Counted from the stretch's first letter, positions 1 through 10,682 are shown. The stretch is 64,000 bases of DNA from an uncultured bacterium (GCA_963827235.1 CAWHAE010000010.1:768001-832000); one strand, 5' to 3'. The notes: generated by a model not told the origin, from the sequence alone. Numbers and translations are program-made.

Positions 1-2
1 TC

Positions 3-476
3 GTCGATGTTTTCGCGCTTGGGCTGGCCCTGAACGTGCAGCGCATGGAAGTCAATCGCATGATCGACGGCAGCGATTTCAAGCAGGGGGGCGAGCCGTT
101 CGGCCTAGTGCGGAACGACATGTCGAAACGTCCGGAGTACCTTGCCTATAAGCTCGTCGCCTCGCTCTTCAAAGGAGTGACGGGCGGCGTCATACGCAGT
201 AGCCAGCAGTCCGGCGTCTATGAAGTCGATCTGCAGAAGCCGGGCGCCACGATTGTGGTGGCGTGGAACCAGAAGCCCGACGCAATTTCGCTCGCCATAC
301 CTGCTCTTTCGGCGCAGGCCATGCTCTACGACAAGTTTGGAGCGTCGCAGCAGGTAGTGGCCCAGTCCGGACAATACCAGATCACGCTCCAACCGGCGAC
401 GGACAACTCGGATCCCGCCAATCCCGACGACTACGTCGTGGGCGGCAGTCCTGTCATCCTCGTCGAGTCGGACTGA
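3..476 (+). CDS. C-terminal part of a glycoside hydrolase-like protein (5' end outside window)
   Basis: Frame is open from the window edge. FGLVRNDMSKRPEYLAYK resembles the GL..G..KPAY motif at the end of clan GH-A barrels and is followed by a beta-rich tail. Confidence 0.55.
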   Translation, partial: VDVFALGLALNVQRMEVNRMIDGSDFKQGGEPFGLVRNDMSKRPEYLAYKLVASLFKGVTGGVIRSSQQSGVYEVDLQKPGATIVVAWNQKPDAISLAIPALSAQAMLYDKFGASQQVVAQSGQYQITLQPATDNSDPANPDDYVVGGSPVILVESD

Positions 477-705
477 CCAGTTGCCGGACGGCCGCGAGCC
501 GGTCACGAGGCCCGGTCGTGCTGCTGTCACGGCAGCCAGCAGGCACTTCTTCCAGCCAGTCCTCACACTTCATGGGCTGCACCGCGGGCAGCGCCGCGCG
601 GCAACGGCGACCGGCCGTTCGTCGACACGGGTCGGCACTGCCGCGGCGGAACAGCTTGGCGGCGTCGCGGCAGATCTGTCGTGAGCATTCCTGCTTGGCA
701 GGCCG

Positions 706-1284
706 TTATCGGGCTGAAGCGCGTGCCTGCCGAAGAATCTCGCGGAGCTGCGCGAGGTGGGAATCGTCGTGACTCAGGCCACCGAGAACGCGGGCAAGCG
801 CGTTGATTGCGCCCTGTCGCTCGTACGGAACGTAGGCATTGCCCAGATCGGGAGCGTCCGGCCACGCAGCCAGCATGGCCAGGCGCATGCGCAGACTTTC
901 CGCCAGGCGCGCGCGAACCTGCGCCGCAGTGGTCACGCTTTGCCACGGCACCTCATAGCGCGACCTGCCCTCAACCTTGACGCCTCGAGCCAGGTTCATG
1001 CCGATGGCACAGCTCTCCTCGGAGCTTGCCGTGACGTGTACAACGACGTGAGCCAGCGTCCATGCCAGATTGACGTCGGTGTTGCTCGCGGCGAAAGTAT
1101 CGTTCGCCTCCGGGTCTTCGGGCACGAACACCACGTCCGCGTCCGCAGCATCCGCTACGATGGACTGCTGCAGCTCCACCATCGCCTTGGTCGCCGCCAC
1201 CAGGTCTTCACGGGTCAGAGTACCAGCCAGATCCTGCATGCTCAGCTCGTGCCGCCGAACAGGGCCAAAGTCAATCACTGCCAT
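706..1284 (-). CDS. DinB family protein
   Basis: WTLAHVVVH and a C-terminal HDDSHLAQL His pattern typical of the DinB/DinB_2 four-helix metal-binding fold. Confidence 0.8.
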   Translation of the reverse strand: MAVIDFGPVRRHELSMQDLAGTLTREDLVAATKAMVELQQSIVADAADADVVFVPEDPEANDTFAASNTDVNLAWTLAHVVVHVTASSEESCAIGMNLARGVKVEGRSRYEVPWQSVTTAAQVRARLAESLRMRLAMLAAWPDAPDLGNAYVPYERQGAINALARVLGGLSHDDSHLAQLREILRQARASAR

Positions 1285-1791
1285 TCCCTATCGCGTGACA
1301 TCACCAGGCCGGAGACTGCGTCGCCGGGGAGCCGGCTCGCCAAGAATCCCGCCATCTTCTCTCATTATCTGCCTTTCCGCCCCTCGGATGCCACCAAACC
1401 CGTCAATACGGCCTCGAGACCGCGCCGGATGCGTCGAGCTCGACCGGTAGGGCGGCCAGCCGGACAGCACCCCGGCGCTGCGGTCTCGAAGCACCGCGCA
1501 GCGAGTAGGCGATGTGCGCGATCACACGGAGCCCTGCGACCGGGCGGTGTCGGCGGCCACGACCACGAACCCGCCGTCTCAGGCCGCTTCCCCGGCCACC
1601 GGCGTACGCGCAGACGACCGCCGCGAGGCGATTATCTCACCACCCGGATCGAGTATGAGGCCATGCCCGAGGCCCGGCCTCAGCGCGGGCTATGCGTACA
1701 GCGGCCGGAACGGGTCGCGCGCGGAGCGCACGCCACGCCGGCTGCGGTGCCTCGGCGACCGCTAGATACGGTTCTTGGCCGCGTCGATCCG

Positions 1792-2979
1792 CTACGTGGC
1801 CACTCTGCCGGCTACGTGGCGCTGTCGTTGCAACACTTCCGCCTCGCGGGCCTGTGCCTTCGCGTCGGCCAGTCTCCCCGCCTGCAGATAGAGGATGCTC
1901 AGGTCGCGGCGCAGCTTGGAGTTCTGCGGATCGCTAGCCACCTCGATCTCAAGCTGGGCAATGCCGAGCCTCCGGCGCCCATCGGGCTCGTTCGGGGCAC
2001 GAATGACAGCTGGGGGCGGCTCGTCCTCCCTCGCCGCGGTCCCGATCATGGCCGGCTGCAGTGCCCCGACCGGCGCCTCGTTCTTCACGGATTCCGCGAT
2101 CTGCACTTGCTGCACGGCAGCTACCGCGGGCTGCGCGAGCGCTGCCGGCGAAAGGATAGCCGTCGCTGCCGACGACTCAGTCTTCAGGGTCAATAGCCAC
2201 GGGTACATCACGTCGAGCCACTGTTCGCTGCCGGGTTGGCTCGAGACGTCGGTCGCAGCCGATTTCAAACGGCGCAATTCGTACTCCCGGTAATACGTCT
2301 GTTCGGCAGGCGTGAGTCGGGCAAGGCGCCTGTAGATCTCGATGCCTTGAGATACCTTGTTCCGACGGAGCATTTTCCTGTCGAGCGCGGTCCGGAGACT
2401 GCCATCCTTCGGCGACCCTGCATAGGCGTCGGTCAGCAACTGCACGCCGCGGTCGAGATCACCCTGCTCTTCCAGCAATCGACTCAGGTGTATCTCGGCC
2501 AGGCTTGCCCAGGCATGAGAATCGCTGTCGTTGCGCTCGAGCGCGGCAAGCACGTAGCTCTCGGCTGTTTCCAGCTCATCGCGTTTCGCCGCGAGCACGG
2601 CCAGCGAGGCGAGGCTCCGCGTGCTGGCCGGGTCGAGCCGCGACGCCACGCGATACTCAGCCGCAGCTTCTTCGGGACGAAGCATGCTTTCGAGCAACTG
2701 CCCGTGAGCGTAGCGCAGCCACTCATCGACCGCGTTCAGCTTGATTGCCGTCTGGAATTCCTTGTCCGCCTCGGTAAGCAGATCGAGACCGGCCAACACC
2801 GTGCCCAGGTAGCCGCGCAATTCCGGGTTCTTGGGTTCCAGGCCCACAGCCTTCTGAAAGTCCGTCCGTGCCTGCTGCAGGTTACCCTCGCGAAGGCTGT
2901 CGAGGCCGGTCCGCGAGAGATCCCGAGCCCTCTGCTGCCGATCCGCATTGTCTGATGCGCCAAGGAAACGGCCGAACAT
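1792..2979 (-). CDS. Tetratricopeptide repeat protein
   Basis: Several TPR-like repeats (e.g. FQKAVGLEPKNPELRGYLGTVL) plus a terminal TPR after an Ala/Pro linker. Start taken at ATG 2979 behind GGAG. Confidence 0.8.
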   Translation of the reverse strand: MFGRFLGASDNADRQQRARDLSRTGLDSLREGNLQQARTDFQKAVGLEPKNPELRGYLGTVLAGLDLLTEADKEFQTAIKLNAVDEWLRYAHGQLLESMLRPEEAAAEYRVASRLDPASTRSLASLAVLAAKRDELETAESYVLAALERNDSDSHAWASLAEIHLSRLLEEQGDLDRGVQLLTDAYAGSPKDGSLRTALDRKMLRRNKVSQGIEIYRRLARLTPAEQTYYREYELRRLKSAATDVSSQPGSEQWLDVMYPWLLTLKTESSAATAILSPAALAQPAVAAVQQVQIAESVKNEAPVGALQPAMIGTAAREDEPPPAVIRAPNEPDGRRRLGIAQLEIEVASDPQNSKLRRDLSILYLQAGRLADAKAQAREAEVLQRQRHVAGRVAT

Positions 2980-3309
2980 GGTGATCTCCGCCTTCCTCAA
3001 CCCGCGGAACTGGGTTCAGACGCCCGTGTTGGCCGCAGAGCCAATCGGGTGACCGCCAGACCGGCGCGGCTGTCCGCAATAGGTAGTACGCAACGCAAGC
3101 GCTTCCACTGGAATGCAAAGCATGCCGTAGCTGAGTGAAACACGTTCGCCATGCAACCACACTCGCATTAACGGGCGAGTTGGGCAATAGCCCGCCATGG
3201 CTAGTCCGAGGCCACCTGGGCACGTCGTGCTTTCAGGAACGATGTATCATGGCAAGAAATGCTTGCGGGCCACCGATGTCGTGACTGCACGGACGGGAGG
3301 GGTCGAGCG

Positions 3310-4149
3310 ATGCCATTCATGGACGAGGTGAAGAAACGCGCAGGCCGGGCGCGCTTCGAAGCGGATCGCGCGATGCGAGCAAACCGCGCGAAGTCGCGCC
3401 TAACGGGGCTGCAAAGCCAATTGGATGGCTCCGCTACGAAGCTCGGCCACCAGGTGTATGAGCTTCACACGCGCGGCGAGATCGAGCTACCTGCGCTTGC
3501 CGAACTCTTGGGCCAGATGACGGAGATGTCGTCGCACATTGCCACGGCCGTAGATGAGCTCCACGCGATACAGGCGGAGACATTCACGGTGGAGTCGCCG
3601 GGACCGCTGTGCGGCGCTTGCGGATCGACCAATGACGTCGACGCCCGCTTCTGCCACAACTGCGGCGCCCCGATCCCCGTCGATCAGGGATCGCACGCCG
3701 GTCAGGCCGCCGCCGGGGCGACGATCGCGTGCTCGGCCTGTGGCGCGGCGAACCCGACCTCGATGCGCTTTTGCCAGACGTGCGGATCGGCGCTTCCGCC
3801 GGCGTCCGCTCAGCCCATCCAGCCGGTCCAGCATGCCTCCGAACCGCCGGTCGCAGCACCCGCAAGCCAGCAGGACGGTCAGCGGCAGGAGCCAGTGCTC
3901 GAGACCGAGCCGGACACCGCAAGTGAGTCGCACACCGGCGTGCCTGTCGCCGAATCCGCGAGTCCAGCTGCGCCGGAACCTGTCGGGGCCGGGCCAATCG
4001 CGTACGACGGATCGCCGGAGGCGCACGGCGGCGAACCGCAGCCGGCGGTCGCTGCCTCCCCGCGTCGATGCGCTGCTTGCGGCGAGAACCTGCCGGAGCA
4101 CGCGGCGTTCTGTGCCTTCTGCGGGCATCCTGCCGCACCGGAAGCTTGA
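3310..4149 (+). CDS. Multi zinc-ribbon domain protein with N-terminal coiled coil
   Basis: Three CxxC-x10-FCxxCG units. GGGAGG RBS before ATG 3310. Confidence 0.8.
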   Translation: MPFMDEVKKRAGRARFEADRAMRANRAKSRLTGLQSQLDGSATKLGHQVYELHTRGEIELPALAELLGQMTEMSSHIATAVDELHAIQAETFTVESPGPLCGACGSTNDVDARFCHNCGAPIPVDQGSHAGQAAAGATIACSACGAANPTSMRFCQTCGSALPPASAQPIQPVQHASEPPVAAPASQQDGQRQEPVLETEPDTASESHTGVPVAESASPAAPEPVGAGPIAYDGSPEAHGGEPQPAVAASPRRCAACGENLPEHAAFCAFCGHPAAPEA

Positions 4150-4223
4150 GGCAATAGTCACATTCGGCCGCGGGCGGTCCGTACCTACACATCTCGCCGC
4201 AGCCGGAGGTCCCGGCTGGTAGC

Positions 4224-5270
4224 CTATTCCTTGACCGGCAGCACTACCGCCCGGATCACGCCTTCTCGATACGTGGCCGCGGTCTCAAGAGCTTCAGTCG
4301 TCTGATCGAGGCTGAAGCGGTGCGTTGCCAGGCAGGACACGTCCACGGCGCCCCTGGACACCAGGTCGATGGTGGGAGGGTAGCTATGCTTCATGCGCCG
4401 GGACATTCTGATCGTCAGGCCCTTGCGACGCGCCGAGGAGGCATGGATGGTGATCATGTCTTCCGCCGGGATACCGACGATCACGACTCGACCGCCGTTT
4501 CTCACCGCTTCAACGCACTGATCGGCGGTGCCCTTGACCCAGGCAGACTCGATCGCCACGTCCACGCCGCGCCCGCCGGTTCGCTCGTGTACCACGCTCA
4601 CGACGTCGCTCTGAGCGGCATTCACCGTGACGTGAGCGCCGGATGACCGCGCCATGGCGAGACGCCACTCATGCTCGTCCGACACGAAGATCCGCTTCGC
4701 GCCGGCCAGCCTGACGAGCTGCACGATCAGCAGGCCGATACCGCCGCAGCCGGTCACCAGGACGTCATCGTTGACCCGTATCTTGGCCAGGTTCACCGCG
4801 TGGAGTGCCACACCCAGGGGCTCGAGCAGGGCTCCGGCAACGCCGTCGATGCCGTCGGGAAGCGGTACGCACGCGAAGGCAGGATGCACCATTCGCTCGC
4901 GAAGCGCGCCGTGCCGGGGGAACAGACCGAGGAACTGCAAGTAGAGGCACAGATTCGGATCGCCGCCGACGCAGCGCTCGCACTTGCCGCACGGCAGCCC
5001 TGGGTCGATAGCCACCGATTGGCCGATATGCCAATTCCCTTCAGTACCCGGTCCGACATCCACCACCCTGCCTGCCGCCTCGTGGCCGAGCACCAGAGGC
5101 TGCTCGGCCACCACGCCGCCTATTTCTCCGTTGAGATATGTATGCAGGTCGCTGCCGCATATGCCCACGGCGGTGACCTCCACCAGGAGCTCCCCAGGAC
5201 CGGGAACCCCGTCGGGCATCTCCTCGATACGTATGTCCTTGGGGCCATGCAGCATCGCCGCTCTTGCCAT
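4224..5270 (-). CDS. Zn-dependent polyol (sorbitol/L-iditol-like) dehydrogenase, MDR family
   Basis: GICGSDLH, LGHE, CGKCERC..C and the GCGGIG Rossmann motif. Start set at MARAAMLHGPKDIRIEE. Confidence 0.85.
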   Translation of the reverse strand: MARAAMLHGPKDIRIEEMPDGVPGPGELLVEVTAVGICGSDLHTYLNGEIGGVVAEQPLVLGHEAAGRVVDVGPGTEGNWHIGQSVAIDPGLPCGKCERCVGGDPNLCLYLQFLGLFPRHGALRERMVHPAFACVPLPDGIDGVAGALLEPLGVALHAVNLAKIRVNDDVLVTGCGGIGLLIVQLVRLAGAKRIFVSDEHEWRLAMARSSGAHVTVNAAQSDVVSVVHERTGGRGVDVAIESAWVKGTADQCVEAVRNGGRVVIVGIPAEDMITIHASSARRKGLTIRMSRRMKHSYPPTIDLVSRGAVDVSCLATHRFSLDQTTEALETAATYREGVIRAVVLPVKE

Positions 5271-5332
5271 GCCTACCTTCCGTTCGTCTTCACTTGTGGC
5301 GACCACGCAGCGCGCAGGTCGCCGGCCCAGTT

Positions 5333-5992
5333 TTACTGCCCGTACACGTGCGTGTACCGGTAGTGCAGCCGATCCAAATCTTCCTGGGCAATTGGGATCG
5401 GTTTGCCCAGGCGGTCGAGCTGCAAGGCCAGCCACGAGGTTGCCGCGGATTCCTCAGCCATGACGGCAGCCTTCACGGCTGCCTCGGCGTTCTTGCCCAC
5501 GGTGAACACGCCGTGGTTCTGCAGAATGGCCGCCCGGCTGTGCGAGCCTGCCAGGCATCTGACCACTTCCTGGCCGATCTCTTCGCCGCCAATCAACTGG
5601 AAGCCTCCGCACGGTATGTCGCCGCCGAACTCGTCGGCCATGCCGGTCAAGAAACAGGGGATCGGCACGCCGAGCGCGGCGAACGCGGTAGCGTAACGCG
5701 AATGCGTGTGCACGACGCCATTGACGTCGGGCCGATGGCGATAGATATAGCAGTGGGAGGCAGTATCGGACGACGGCTTGAGCGATCCCTCGACATGGTT
5801 ACCCATCAAGTCGACGACGACCATGTTGTCCGGCGTGAGCTGCTCGTAGCGTACACCACTCGGCTTGATCACCACGAGCCCGCTGTCCGGATCACGCGCG
5901 CTGATGTTTCCCATGGTCCAGACAACAAGGTTATGACGTGGAAGCTCGGCGTGCAGACTGCACACCTCCTCCCGAAGGCTCTGCAGAGTCAT
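5333..5992 (-). CDS. araD: L-ribulose-5-phosphate 4-epimerase
   Basis: Class II aldolase/epimerase motifs WTMGNIS, IKPSGV, PSSDTASH, HTHS and NHG. Directly follows araB. Confidence 0.92.
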   Translation of the reverse strand: MTLQSLREEVCSLHAELPRHNLVVWTMGNISARDPDSGLVVIKPSGVRYEQLTPDNMVVVDLMGNHVEGSLKPSSDTASHCYIYRHRPDVNGVVHTHSRYATAFAALGVPIPCFLTGMADEFGGDIPCGGFQLIGGEEIGQEVVRCLAGSHSRAAILQNHGVFTVGKNAEAAVKAAVMAEESAATSWLALQLDRLGKPIPIAQEDLDRLHYRYTHVYGQ

Positions 5993-5996
5993 GGGC

Positions 5997-7649
5997 TTAT
6001 ACTCCTCGTTGCTCCAGCTTGATGCGCTTGAGCCGCTTCATGACGTCGTTCTCGCCCCGGCCAAAGTAATCGTGCAAGAGCCTGTACTCGGCGTAGAGTT
6101 GCTCGTACACAGCCTGGTTTGCCGGGATAGGCCTGGTTACCTCGTCCAGCAGCTTGCCCATCGAGGCAGCGGCCGCTTGAATGGAAGGGTACACACCGGC
6201 CGCGACCGCGGCATGCATGGCCGATCCAAGCGCCGCTGCCTGTGACGAGCCCGCCTGGAAGATGGGCTTGCCGGTCACGTCGGCGTAGATCTGCACCAGG
6301 AGCCGGTTCTTCGTCGGCAGGCCGCCGGCCGCCACCAGATCGCGGACCGCCACGCCGCGTCCTTCGAATGCCTCGATGATCATGCGGGTACCGAACGCGG
6401 TAGCCTCGATCAAGGCTCGATAAATCTCGGGGGCCGTGGTAGCCAACGTGGCGCCGACGAGCAGACCCGTCAGGTCGACGTCGACGAGCACCGAGCGGTT
6501 CCCGTTCCACCAATCCAGAGCGAGCAGACCCGACTCGCCGGGCTTTTGCTTTGCCGCCTCGAGCTCCAGGTGCTTGTGGATGTCGATCCCTTGCGCGGCC
6601 GCAGCGTCGAAGTACTCGCGCGGCACCGCGTTGTCGACGAACCAGGCGAAGATGTCGCCCGCGGCGCTCTGACCTGCTTCATAGCCGTAGTACCCCGGGA
6701 TGACGCCGTCGCGCACCACACCGCACATGCCCTCGACGACCTGAACCTGGTCGTCGACCAGGATGTGGACGGTTGACGTGCCCATGATGATGAGCATGCG
6801 GCCGGGCTCAGTCAGCTTGACGGCCGGAGCGGTCACGTGGGCGTCGACATTTGCCACGGCGACGGCGGTGCCCGGCAGCAGGCCGGTCTGGGCCGCCATC
6901 GCGTCGGTCAGGCCGCCCGCGCGGTCGCCGAGCGTCGAGAACTCCCGGCTCAAGCGCGTATCCACCACGTCGGCAAAAGCGGGATTCAAGGCGGCAAAGA
7001 AGTCGCGGGACGGGTACGTGCCATGCTGAACGATGGCCTTGTATCCGGCCGTGCACGCGTTCCGCGTTTCCACGCCTGTCATCTGCCAGATTACCCAGTC
7101 GGCCGCCTCGACCACCCTGTCGGTGGCCGCGTAGAGGTTGGGAGCCTCTTCGAGAATCTGCAGCGACTTGCTGAACAGCCATTCGGAGGAGATCTTTCCG
7201 CCGTAGCGCTCCAGCCAGGTTTCGCCGCGCTGGCGGGCCACCGCGTTGATGCGGTCGGCCTGCGGTTGAGCGGCATGGTGCTTCCAGAGCTTGATCCAGG
7301 AATGTGGATTCTCTCGCCACTCGTCCAGGAAGCATAGCGGGGTGCCGTCGCGTTTCACGGGGAGCACGGTGCAGGCGGTGAAGTCGATGCCCACTCCGGC
7401 GATCTGGTCCGGTGCCACGCCTGACTCTTTGAGCACGGCCGGAATGGTATAGCGCAGTACCTCGAGGTAATCGTTTGGATCCTGAAGCGCATAGTCGGGC
7501 GGCAAGAGCTTACTGCTGCCGGGCAGGGAACGATCGATGACGCCATTCTTGTAGGTAAGGACCGCGGTGGCTACCTCTCGTCCGTCCCGCGTGTCTACGA
7601 GCACTGCGCGGCCGGACTCAGTACCGAAATCGATGCCTATGGTGTACAC
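5997..7649 (-). CDS. araB: Ribulokinase
   Basis: [30 protein letters not shown] and [12 protein letters not shown] start behind GAGGAGG. Confidence 0.93.
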   Translation of the reverse strand: MYTIGIDFGTESGRAVLVDTRDGREVATAVLTYKNGVIDRSLPGSSKLLPPDYALQDPNDYLEVLRYTIPAVLKESGVAPDQIAGVGIDFTACTVLPVKRDGTPLCFLDEWRENPHSWIKLWKHHAAQPQADRINAVARQRGETWLERYGGKISSEWLFSKSLQILEEAPNLYAATDRVVEAADWVIWQMTGVETRNACTAGYKAIVQHGTYPSRDFFAALNPAFADVVDTRLSREFSTLGDRAGGLTDAMAAQTGLLPGTAVAVANVDAHVTAPAVKLTEPGRMLIIMGTSTVHILVDDQVQVVEGMCGVVRDGVIPGYYGYEAGQSAAGDIFAWFVDNAVPREYFDAAAAQGIDIHKHLELEAAKQKPGESGLLALDWWNGNRSVLVDVDLTGLLVGATLATTAPEIYRALIEATAFGTRMIIEAFEGRGVAVRDLVAAGGLPTKNRLLVQIYADVTGKPIFQAGSSQAAALGSAMHAAVAAGVYPSIQAAAASMGKLLDEVTRPIPANQAVYEQLYAEYRLLHDYFGRGENDVMKRLKRIKLEQRGV

Positions 7650-7797
7650 GGTCCTCCTCGACCACCGTCTGGCAGATTCTGGCCATCCTCGCCCTGACCG
7701 CAACCACTGTCGCCGGAAGCGAGCTCAGCGAGTTCGGGGTGCCGGCGGACACAGGAAATCATCGGATCGCCAATTACTTTGGCTGCCGAACGAATTC

Positions 7798-7826
7798 ACG
7801 GTAGCAACAACGGCTACCGGTGTCAA
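7798..7826 (-). promoter_or_regulatory. Probable sigma70-type promoter for araB-araD-dehydrogenase
   Basis: Minus strand TTGACA-17 nt-TACCGT with a TG extension. Confidence 0.55.
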
Positions 7827-7900
7827 TTGTCGGGCCGCGGTGGTGGGTCCGAGGCGACTCGCAGGCCGGGCGCCCGACGGACGAGGGCGCCGGCAACCCG

Positions 7901-7951
7901 TTGACAACGCTGCCGGGCAGTGCTAGGATTGCTCCAGTTATCGGTAACTGG
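7901..7951 (+). promoter_or_regulatory. Sigma70-type promoter and LacI-type operator upstream of lacI
   Basis: TTGACA(7901)-17 nt-TAGGAT(7924) with extended TG. Near-perfect palindrome CCAGTTATCGGTAACTGG at 7934-7951 has the central CG typical of LacI operators. Confidence 0.75.
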
Positions 7952-8007
7952 TATCGCTAACAGGTATCGATGCCAGTAATCGCAGCCGGTTCCTGATGTG
8001 AGGCTCG

Positions 8008-9213
8008 ATGACCGCACGCATGAAGGACGTCGCCGCACGGGCAGGCGTCTCTACACAAACGGTGAGCAGGGTCTTGCGCGACCACCACTGGGTCGCCCCG
8101 GAGACTGCCGCCCGCGTGCGGAAGGCCGCGGAGGAGCTGGGTTATCACGGCAACGAAGTAGCCGGAGCGCTGAAGCGCGGACGCACGCGCACCCTTGGTC
8201 TCCTGTTCCCCCTGCTCACCATGTCCATCTGGAGCGACGTGGCCGAAGGCGCCGAGGAGCTGGCCCACGAGCGCGGCTACTCGCTCTTGCTCTGTGATAC
8301 CGGCGACTACAGCGAGAAGGAAGCGCTCAACCTTGCCCTCCTGCTCAGTCATCGCGTGGCGGGCATCGTGTATGTCGAGCCGCGGTGCCGGCCGGAGACG
8401 CATCCAGCCTGTGCCTCGCTCGTTAACTCGAAGCTGCCCGTGGTCGTGATCAGCGGCCAGCCTGACGACCTACCGTACGCGCACCTGCGCACCGACGACT
8501 GGCGGGCAGGCTACGTCGGCGTTCGTCACCTACTCGACCTGGGGCGCACCTCGATCCAGGTGGTATCGAACAGACTGCACTACGTCTCGCTGGAGCAGGG
8601 CCAGACTATCGCCAACCACGTGGCGGATCGCATTGCCGGCGGCCGCGCGGCGCTGGACGAGGCCGGCAGCAGCGAGATACTCGCCCGGCCCTTGAGCGTG
8701 CCGAACACGCTCGAGGGAGGTCGCCAGGCAGGTCACGCGCTATTGAACGCCGGCCTTCCGGCCGCCTGTGGCGTGTTTGCGACTACCGACGTCATTGCCC
8801 TGGGGATTCTGGAAGCGCTGCGCGAGCGCGGCGTGCGTGTGCCGGAGGATGTTGCCATCGTCTCGCATGACGGCCTGCTCGCGTCCTCGGTCTCGGTGCC
8901 CGCCATCACAACCATCGAGCCGCCGATGGCAGAGATGGGGCGGACAAGCGTCGACCTGCTGCTACAGGTCATGGATGGCCACGTTCCCCCGCCGTTGACC
9001 GTGCTCGACGCCCAGTTCGTCGTGCGCGAGTCAACTATCGGGTGCGGACCGGCGCCCCGGGCCGGCGTCCGAGCTCCGCTGTCGGATCCTGAAGCCTGGA
9101 ACCGTTGGCGCTTCGCTCTGCGGGAGAGCGGCGGCGTCTGGGCAGGACCGGCCGAGAATCTGGCGTACGTTCGAGACGAAGCGGCCTCGAACACGTGCCT
9201 TGCCGAAACCTGA
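8008..9213 (+). CDS. LacI family transcriptional regulator
   Basis: MKDVAARAGVSTQTVSRVL HTH followed by a sugar-binding domain ending VVRESTIG and an extra C-terminal tail. Confidence 0.92.
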   Translation: MTARMKDVAARAGVSTQTVSRVLRDHHWVAPETAARVRKAAEELGYHGNEVAGALKRGRTRTLGLLFPLLTMSIWSDVAEGAEELAHERGYSLLLCDTGDYSEKEALNLALLLSHRVAGIVYVEPRCRPETHPACASLVNSKLPVVVISGQPDDLPYAHLRTDDWRAGYVGVRHLLDLGRTSIQVVSNRLHYVSLEQGQTIANHVADRIAGGRAALDEAGSSEILARPLSVPNTLEGGRQAGHALLNAGLPAACGVFATTDVIALGILEALRERGVRVPEDVAIVSHDGLLASSVSVPAITTIEPPMAEMGRTSVDLLLQVMDGHVPPPLTVLDAQFVVRESTIGCGPAPRAGVRAPLSDPEAWNRWRFALRESGGVWAGPAENLAYVRDEAASNTCLAET

Positions 9214-9314
9214 AGGGAGGTGAGCCGGGAGAGACATCCTCGTGTCGCAGACACACAGGGGCGACGGTGAATCGGAGTTATCGGGTGAAGTCATACCGAG
9301 CACAGCACTAGGAG

Positions 9315-10682
9315 GTGCAGACCTTGAATACGCCACGTGATGCCATCTCTCGCAGCTCGTTCCTCAAGGGTGCAGCAGCCGTCACCGCGGCGGCAGCCGC
9401 GTCGAGCGTTGCCGCCGGTGCCGTACATGCCGCCAGCAAGCCGCGCGCAATCCCGAATGTGAACCTTGGCGATTCGATCTCGGGCGACGTTTATCTGTGG
9501 GATGCCCAGCCGCTGTACACGGCGCAGCAGGTAGCTGCGTTCAACGCGGTATATCCCAACGTCAAGGTGCATCAGAAGACCATACAGTATCTTCCCAAGA
9601 CCCCGAGCGAATCCACCCAGCTGATAACGGGCGTCGACCTGCCCGATGCCGTCTTCCACGTCGAGGACGCCTACCTTGGGCGGTATGCCGAGGCGCTGTA
9701 CGACGTCAGCCAGCAGATTGCTCCCTTCGAGAAGCAAATCGCGCCGTTCAAGCTGGCGGTCTGCAAGCAGGGCGGCCGCACTATCGCCATACCGGACGAT
9801 CTCTGCCCGGCGTTTCTGATCTACAACACGGACATCATCGCCAAGGCCGGCGTGGATGTAAGCAAGATTGTCACCTACGACGACCTGATCGCAGCGGCCC
9901 TGACGGTGCAAAAGAAGGTTCCCACCTGCCCGCAGCCGATTGGCTTCCTCGACGGCCCAGACTTCCTCACCTTCGTGATGGAAGGCATGGCATGGCAGCA
10001 GCACTCCGGGCACATCGACGCCAACGGTAAGCTCAATCTCAAGGCACCTGCCTACACCAACGGCTTCAAGTACCTCGAGAAGGCAGCCAAGGCAGGCGTG
10101 GTCGGCACGGCCATATGGATGACCCCAGACCTCTACAACAAGTGGAACAAGGGTCAGGTCGCCTTCATGCACTTTGCCGACTGGTTCACGCACTGGAACG
10201 AGCCGGGCCTCAAGCCCATCTGGGGCAAGATCGGTCTGGCCAAGCAGCCGGTGTTCAATCCCAAGACCGACAGCCCATATTCCATCATGGGTGGATCCGC
10301 CTGGGTCGTGCCGGCCAAGGCAAAGCGCCCCGACCTAGGCGCCCTGCTCGGCACCTTCTTTATGCTCGATCCTCGAGGCCTGAAGGCGGCCGGAAACAAC
10401 CTGGCCTGGGAGGCCATCCTGCCCGCATGCCAGGCCGACTGGGACTTCAGCAACATGGTGCGACCGATCATCAACAAGTCGATCGACGAGCATAAGCTGC
10501 TGGTGACTGCCGCGCTTGGAACGCCGCCGAGCTATCGCTACGCTCCGTGGTATGCCGACACCTTCCCGTACTACGGTGGATCGGCAGTACGGTCCTGCCT
10601 GCTCGGCCAGCTGAGCGCGGCCGACGCACAGGCGGCTGCCTACAACGCCGTTCAAGACAACGTCGTGGCTCGCGCCCGCTAG
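9315..10682 (+). CDS. Carbohydrate ABC transporter substrate-binding protein (Tat-like signal)
   Basis: SRSSFLKG Tat-like leader, SBP_bac_1-like body and MGGSAW motif. AGGAG RBS; precedes two permeases. Confidence 0.85.
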   Translation: MQTLNTPRDAISRSSFLKGAAAVTAAAAASSVAAGAVHAASKPRAIPNVNLGDSISGDVYLWDAQPLYTAQQVAAFNAVYPNVKVHQKTIQYLPKTPSESTQLITGVDLPDAVFHVEDAYLGRYAEALYDVSQQIAPFEKQIAPFKLAVCKQGGRTIAIPDDLCPAFLIYNTDIIAKAGVDVSKIVTYDDLIAAALTVQKKVPTCPQPIGFLDGPDFLTFVMEGMAWQQHSGHIDANGKLNLKAPAYTNGFKYLEKAAKAGVVGTAIWMTPDLYNKWNKGQVAFMHFADWFTHWNEPGLKPIWGKIGLAKQPVFNPKTDSPYSIMGGSAWVVPAKAKRPDLGALLGTFFMLDPRGLKAAGNNLAWEAILPACQADWDFSNMVRPIINKSIDEHKLLVTAALGTPPSYRYAPWYADTFPYYGGSAVRSCLLGQLSAADAQAAAYNAVQDNVVARAR

